Shown here in pieces: positions 59,627 through 64,000 of a DNA stretch of 64,000 nucleotides. Positions within the stretch are counted from its first letter, which is position 1. Each line of letters starts with the position of its first letter. Below the pieces are notes generated by a model, which ran no database searches, was not told the DNA's origin, and saw nothing but the letters and a program-made list of their open reading frames with translations. Source of the stretch: Nitrospira sp. Its GTDB lineage: Bacteria; Nitrospirota; Nitrospiria; Nitrospirales; Nitrospiraceae. A program made the translations under genes and the position numbers. The stretch spans positions 1,568,001 through 1,632,000 of the forward strand of contig AP038806.1 in assembly GCA_047150005.1 (NCBI GenBank), in the 5' to 3' direction.

Positions 59627-59670
59627 GCATTCCTCCTTCGCCGTCTCGGCTCGAATTCGCGCGCTCGCCC

Positions 59671-60252
59671 TTACTTTTCCAAAGCAATCACACCGCAGGC
59701 GATTCGAGGACCGCCCGGCGCGTCCTTCGTGGGTGGATCGGGCAAGTATTTGTCCTCCAGCCCGTGAATCACGATCGCGCTGCCGTCCTTGTCCAGCAGC
59801 GTGGTCAAGCCAGGACTGAGCGCGACCCGGCTGCTTATCGTATACAGCGAGCCCTTTCGTCCCTCGTCGATCACGACGTTCGGCAAGTCGCCCAGGTGGT
59901 AGGGATGGTTGCCCAAGCCAGGCGCGACCTGTGCTTCTGGATTGATCTGCGGGTCGACGTTCCCGTCGTAGTGACCGTTGGCGGCGGTGAATGGCTCGCA
60001 GGCCCCGGTCTCGTGGATGTGCACGGCATGCCGCCCCGGTGTCAGCGCGCTGTCGGCCGTGCCTTCCAGCTTCAGCTTGATCCGGATGCGACCCTCGTAT
60101 TCTTGATAGAGATGGGCCTCCCCGGTGATGCCTGGGCCGGTGATGATGGCTTTGGCGTGCAGCTTGTGCTCCAGTTTACCAGTATGATGGTGGGAGCACC
60201 CTCCCAGCAGGAGCGCGACGGCAACGACGGTTCCGGCGGTTTTCACAGTCAT
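59671..60252 (-). CDS. sodC: Cu/Zn superoxide dismutase (lipoprotein)
   Basis: Lipobox LGGC; motifs HIHE, GHY, HPYHLGDLPN, IVIH and RIACG. Confidence 0.92.
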   Translation of the reverse strand: MTVKTAGTVVAVALLLGGCSHHHTGKLEHKLHAKAIITGPGITGEAHLYQEYEGRIRIKLKLEGTADSALTPGRHAVHIHETGACEPFTAANGHYDGNVDPQINPEAQVAPGLGNHPYHLGDLPNVVIDEGRKGSLYTISSRVALSPGLTTLLDKDGSAIVIHGLEDKYLPDPPTKDAPGGPRIACGVIALEK

Positions 60253-60344
60253 GGGTGTTCTCCTTTCTATGGCCGCATCGGGTTTCGATGCCGCGTCAGA
60301 AATCCAGCTGCGCCATCTTGCGATGAAAGCGGGGTGGTCGGCGG

Positions 60345-61751
60345 TCAATTAGCCAGGCTCCGAAGGTAATGGATCAATTGCCAGACCTGGTCGTCCGGTA
60401 TTGCCGCAAACGACATCATGCCGGTTCCGGGCGATCCGTTCTTGATGATCCAGAACAACTGGCCGTCCGGTATGTCCTTCATCATCGCGCCGCACGTAAA
60501 GTTGCGCGGCGGCGGCACGAGCGCGGCGCCCATGAACCCCTTCCCATCCCCCAGCTCGCCATGACACATGACGCAGGCGACCGGCTGTGCGGTCTTGAGG
60601 AACAGCGTCTTGCCGGCGTTGATTGTTCCGGTTGAGGCGGGAAGCGGGTTGGTCTTTGAGAGGAAATCGTCCGGCGCCTTGGCGGTCTTTCGAGGCTGCA
60701 CGCAGGCCTCGCTCTGGCCTCCGCTCGGCGCATTCGCCATGGCCGGCGTTCCTTTGAACGTCGCCTTCAAGTAGGCGATGACATCGGCCACGCCCTGCTG
60801 GCCGATCGTCAGATTCCAATAAGGCATGCTCGGGGACTTGCCCAAGGCTGCGCCGCCGTGATTGATCACGTTGTAGAGATAGTCCATCGGCAGCTTCTCG
60901 AACGGGATGTTGGCATGGATCGCGGGCTTCGGTTGCAGTCCTGAAGCGGCCGGACCGTCACCCTTCCCGGTGAATCCGTGACACTGGGCACAATATTCCT
61001 TGTACAGCAGCTTACCGCGATCGAGGCTCGCATTGGCGAACTCCTGACTCGTCCAGGGCTCGTAGTAGGTGAATTCCTTGATGCCCTGCGCGGCAAGGTA
61101 CCCGATCACCGCCCGCAGTTGCGGATCGGTTGCGTCGGCCAGAAATTCCCCGGTATGCATGATGAAGTCCTGCGGATTCTGTCCGAACCGATAGAGCCAG
61201 TCCGGGTTGTAGCGCTGGCCGGCATTCTGGAGCGCGGTGCTTTGGGGCCCGCCGATGAGCGTGCCGTTTTCCTCGACCGTATGACAGCCCAGGCACGCAT
61301 GCGCCTTATACGCCATGCCGCCGAACGTCACCTCGAACTTGGAGACTTTCGACACATCGAAGGCGCCGACTTTCACCCGTGGGTCCTTGTTGTTCTTCTC
61401 GAAGTCATCGGCGATGGCGTTCGCATCTGCCTCGCTGACGACGGGGTGTTGCGCCGCTCCTTCGCTGAGGTCCCAGCGATAGCCCTTCGCGTAGAGCGGC
61501 GCTTCCTTCCCGGTCAGCCACCGGATCAGCCAAGGGCGCTGATACTTGCTGCCGGCCCAGATCAGGTCCGGCGCTCTGAGATTGAAGCGCGACTCGGCGG
61601 TGCCTTGGAGCCGATGGCATCCGGCGCAGGCATGCTCGATCAATTCCTTGGCGCGCTGGTGATCGCTTCCGAAGAGCAATCCGGGCGTCGACATCACACC
61701 TACTAGAACGAGTAATGCGCCTCCGATGGCCACCCCGCTTGTCGCGCGCAT
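60345..61751 (-). CDS. Tetraheme multi-domain c-type cytochrome
   Basis: Four heme motifs: CAGCH, CLGCH, CAQCH and CVMCH. Confidence 0.92.
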   Translation of the reverse strand: MRATSGVAIGGALLVLVGVMSTPGLLFGSDHQRAKELIEHACAGCHRLQGTAESRFNLRAPDLIWAGSKYQRPWLIRWLTGKEAPLYAKGYRWDLSEGAAQHPVVSEADANAIADDFEKNNKDPRVKVGAFDVSKVSKFEVTFGGMAYKAHACLGCHTVEENGTLIGGPQSTALQNAGQRYNPDWLYRFGQNPQDFIMHTGEFLADATDPQLRAVIGYLAAQGIKEFTYYEPWTSQEFANASLDRGKLLYKEYCAQCHGFTGKGDGPAASGLQPKPAIHANIPFEKLPMDYLYNVINHGGAALGKSPSMPYWNLTIGQQGVADVIAYLKATFKGTPAMANAPSGGQSEACVQPRKTAKAPDDFLSKTNPLPASTGTINAGKTLFLKTAQPVACVMCHGELGDGKGFMGAALVPPPRNFTCGAMMKDIPDGQLFWIIKNGSPGTGMMSFAAIPDDQVWQLIHYLRSLAN

Positions 61752-61780
61752 GCTTCAGTCCCCTTTCGATCAGGCAACCG

Positions 61781-62407
61781 TTACCGAGTTGTTTCCCTTG
61801 CCGCCAACCACGCATGAACGTCCGCGATGTCCTGCATGCTCAGCACCGAACCCCAAGCCGGCATCGGTCCGCGGCCGTGCAAGACTGTCTCCCAGAAGAG
61901 GTCTTCGTGCTTGAGAATGGGATTGCCCGCCAGCTTCGGCCCCATCCCTCCGCCGGCACCGGCGCCATGGCAGGCTTGGCAGTTGTGTTCGAAGATGCCG
62001 GCGCCTCGTTGCGTCACGCCGACCAGCGGACCGTCGGCCTGCATTTCCTGATTCAGGGGTTCCGCCGTCCCCAACTCGATCGGTGCCAGCTGTTCGGGTG
62101 CGCCCGGGTGGTACCGGGCAGACAGATACCGCACGAGCAGACCTGTCTCGTCCCGTGAGATCTGAGCCCCCCAGTGCTCCATCTTTTCAATGATCGCCTC
62201 CCATCGCTCGCGCGGCAACCTCTGTTGCGTGATGAGATCTTCGCTGTGGCAAACGGTGCAGCGGGCGACGATCAGGCCTTCCCCCCGCGGGGCGAGGGCG
62301 ACCGCAATCGAGTCGTTGTCATCCTCCTGCGCGGCCGTTGTCAGGACAACGGCCAAGAGGCCGCAGATGATCACGATGCCGGTGATTGCCCGCATGTCTC
62401 GCCTCAC
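61781..62407 (-). CDS. Diheme c-type cytochrome (SorB-like N-terminal domain)
   Basis: CTVCH...W...KM..WGA, then CQACH...MPAW. Confidence 0.88.
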   Translation of the reverse strand: MRRDMRAITGIVIICGLLAVVLTTAAQEDDNDSIAVALAPRGEGLIVARCTVCHSEDLITQQRLPRERWEAIIEKMEHWGAQISRDETGLLVRYLSARYHPGAPEQLAPIELGTAEPLNQEMQADGPLVGVTQRGAGIFEHNCQACHGAGAGGGMGPKLAGNPILKHEDLFWETVLHGRGPMPAWGSVLSMQDIADVHAWLAARETTR

Positions 62408-62415
62408 AGTTTTCC

Positions 62416-62482
62416 AAGGGGTCAGGAACCATTTGTCGGGACGACCCGCAGGGCGCTGCGCGCAAATGGTTCCCGACCCCTT
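62416..62482. repeat. REP-like palindromic element
   Basis: AAGGGGTCAGGAACCATTTG ... CAAATGGTTCCCGACCCCTT; 20-bp arms with 1 mismatch. Confidence 0.75.
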
Positions 62483-62557
62483 CCTTCATACGAGGGGAAG
62501 AGACACCGCGCGCGCCTGCCGAAGCCATGTGACGGGCAGGCCGCGCGAAGAAGGGTG

Positions 62558-63763
62558 TCAGTCCCCGACCGTGACGGTCACCCGGTCCCAGCCGTTCCAA
62601 AGAAATCCGCCCGGGTTCCAGGATGAGGTGGCCGGCTGCGCGGCCCCCGATTCGTCCGTGGCGCGGCAGAAGATCGAAACGGAGCCGGGAGCGCGCGGAG
62701 TCCAGATCAACTGCCACTGTCGCCAAGCGTAAGGGTGCTCCTCTCCAACCAGCCGAGCCGGTTGCCAGTTCTTCCCTTCATCAAGAGAGACTTCCACCGC
62801 GAGAATCTTCGACCCCCCGCTCCAGGCCACGCCCTGAATCATGACCGGAGCCAAGGGCACTCCGGCCCCTTCCGCCGGCGCAGCGATGAGCGACTTCACG
62901 ACCATCATTTCCACTGGTTTGGTCCTGTGGCTCCCTACCGCCGTTCCCGGTTCAATTGGGTCCACTGGGAGTCGGTAGGCCGCCTGCATATAATAGCCGT
63001 CCGACTCTTCGGACAGCAGGGTGATGTCCGTCAGCCATTTCGTGCAGGAATCCGCCATCCAGCCCGGCGTGATGACCCGGAGCGGCGCACCGTGCAGGAG
63101 CGGAAGCGGACGCCCGTTCATTTCGTAGGCGAGCAACGTGTCCGGATGAAGCGCCTTCTCCAGCGGGATGCTTCGGGTGAACAGCGGTACCGATGGCACA
63201 GCCGGTCGATCTGCTCCTTGAAACTGCACGTGGCGTGCGTTGTTGCGGATGCCTGCGAGCCCGAGCACCTCGCGCAGCCGCACCCCGGTCCATTGCGCGT
63301 TGCCGACGGCGCCCCGATCCCATTGCACGCCGGGAACCCGAGGCCGGTAATACGCGCGGCCGTTGCCGCTGCATTGCAGCACTGCGGTGACGGTCACGGT
63401 CTCCAGGCGCTTGATGTCCCGCAGGCTCAGCTCCTTGGGTTGTTCGACCAAGCCGGCGATGCGGAGTGTCCAGTCGGCTTCGGCAATGGACTCGGATGGA
63501 GGCGGGCCGAAATGGCTTCGCACGAAGAAGCGGTGATTGGGGGTGAGAAAGGACACGAACTCGCGGGCCGGAGTTTCGGCGTCGAACGGCCGACCCACCC
63601 GGATCATCAACGGTCCGGTATCTCTGTGGATATCAGCATGCTCGATCGCCTGCGCGGCCGCAGGCCGTCCGCCCATCAGAAGTCCTGCCCCGGCGCCGCC
63701 TCCCAGCAGCCACTTCAGCCAGGTCCGACGCGAACAGCCCGGCTTCGATCCGCCGAGGCTCAT
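62558..63763 (-). CDS. Periplasmic sulfite oxidase family molybdoenzyme (SorA/SoxC-like), Tat-exported
   Basis: Tat motif SRRTWLK; FFVRSH, LQCSGNGR, HGAPLR, KWL; C-terminal dimerisation domain. Confidence 0.93.
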   Translation of the reverse strand: MSLGGSKPGCSRRTWLKWLLGGGAGAGLLMGGRPAAAQAIEHADIHRDTGPLMIRVGRPFDAETPAREFVSFLTPNHRFFVRSHFGPPPSESIAEADWTLRIAGLVEQPKELSLRDIKRLETVTVTAVLQCSGNGRAYYRPRVPGVQWDRGAVGNAQWTGVRLREVLGLAGIRNNARHVQFQGADRPAVPSVPLFTRSIPLEKALHPDTLLAYEMNGRPLPLLHGAPLRVITPGWMADSCTKWLTDITLLSEESDGYYMQAAYRLPVDPIEPGTAVGSHRTKPVEMMVVKSLIAAPAEGAGVPLAPVMIQGVAWSGGSKILAVEVSLDEGKNWQPARLVGEEHPYAWRQWQLIWTPRAPGSVSIFCRATDESGAAQPATSSWNPGGFLWNGWDRVTVTVGD

Positions 63764-64000
63764 GGTGCCGCCTCGTCTCGGCCTGCTTGGTGCAATGAGA
63801 TGTCGATCGTCGGTCCCGTCACGATCGATTGATGCACCGTGCAACGCTGTGCCGTCTTGAGGAGCCGGTCCTTCAGTTCGGGCGGCACAGGCTGCGGCAA
63901 GTGCACGACCAGCTCAATGTGTCCGACACGATGCGGTCCCTCCTCCATCGTCCATTCAGTCTCGACGGCCAAGCCTTCCCGCGGAATATCGTGTCGCGCG
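63760..64000 (-). CDS. OsmC family protein (5' end outside the window)
   Basis: RHDIPREGLAVE...LLKTAQRCTVHQSI; stop overlaps the sulfite oxidase ATG. Confidence 0.82.
   Translation of the reverse strand, partial: ARHDIPREGLAVETEWTMEEGPHRVGHIELVVHLPQPVPPELKDRLLKTAQRCTVHQSIVTGPTIDISLHQAGRDEAAP

Noticed and set aside
1..64000. tRNA, rRNA, transposase, integrase, phage or defence genes
   Set aside because: None recognised by eye; a covariance-model or HMM scan would be needed to exclude small RNAs.

Overview
GC-rich bacterial chromosomal window. Gene content and small-protein families suggest a Nitrospira-like organism (inference only). After a few housekeeping genes (AhpD-like, suhB, lpxC), almost the whole window is a stress, hypoxia and redox island. 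It holds an NAD-dependent formate dehydrogenase (fdsGBA) with focA, five tandem-domain universal stress proteins, two CBS proteins, HPF, Hsp20, two phosphoribosyltransferases, a dienelactone-hydrolase-like protein, three P-type ATPases and a PAS/HisKA_3 kinase with a NarL-type regulator. It also holds a CzcBA-like RND pair, a GST, dodecin, hemerythrin, thioredoxin, a CYTH-CHAD protein and many c-type cytochromes. The right end is an OsmC-sulfite oxidase-cytochrome-SodC-DsrE-peroxidase gene run. The best candidate for an undescribed system is 43972-47980: four tandem exported cupredoxins with divergent copper-ligand sets (one nitrosocyanin-like), bracketed by two paralogous unknown Met/His/Cys proteins and preceded by a Cys-rich PAS-LuxR regulator. 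Non-coding signals include a MITE family (2 copies), heptamer repeat arrays (one in-frame inside an ATPase), six sigma-54-type promoter motifs, small ORFs and several pseudogene fragments. All functional calls come from motif recognition; no database searches were run.
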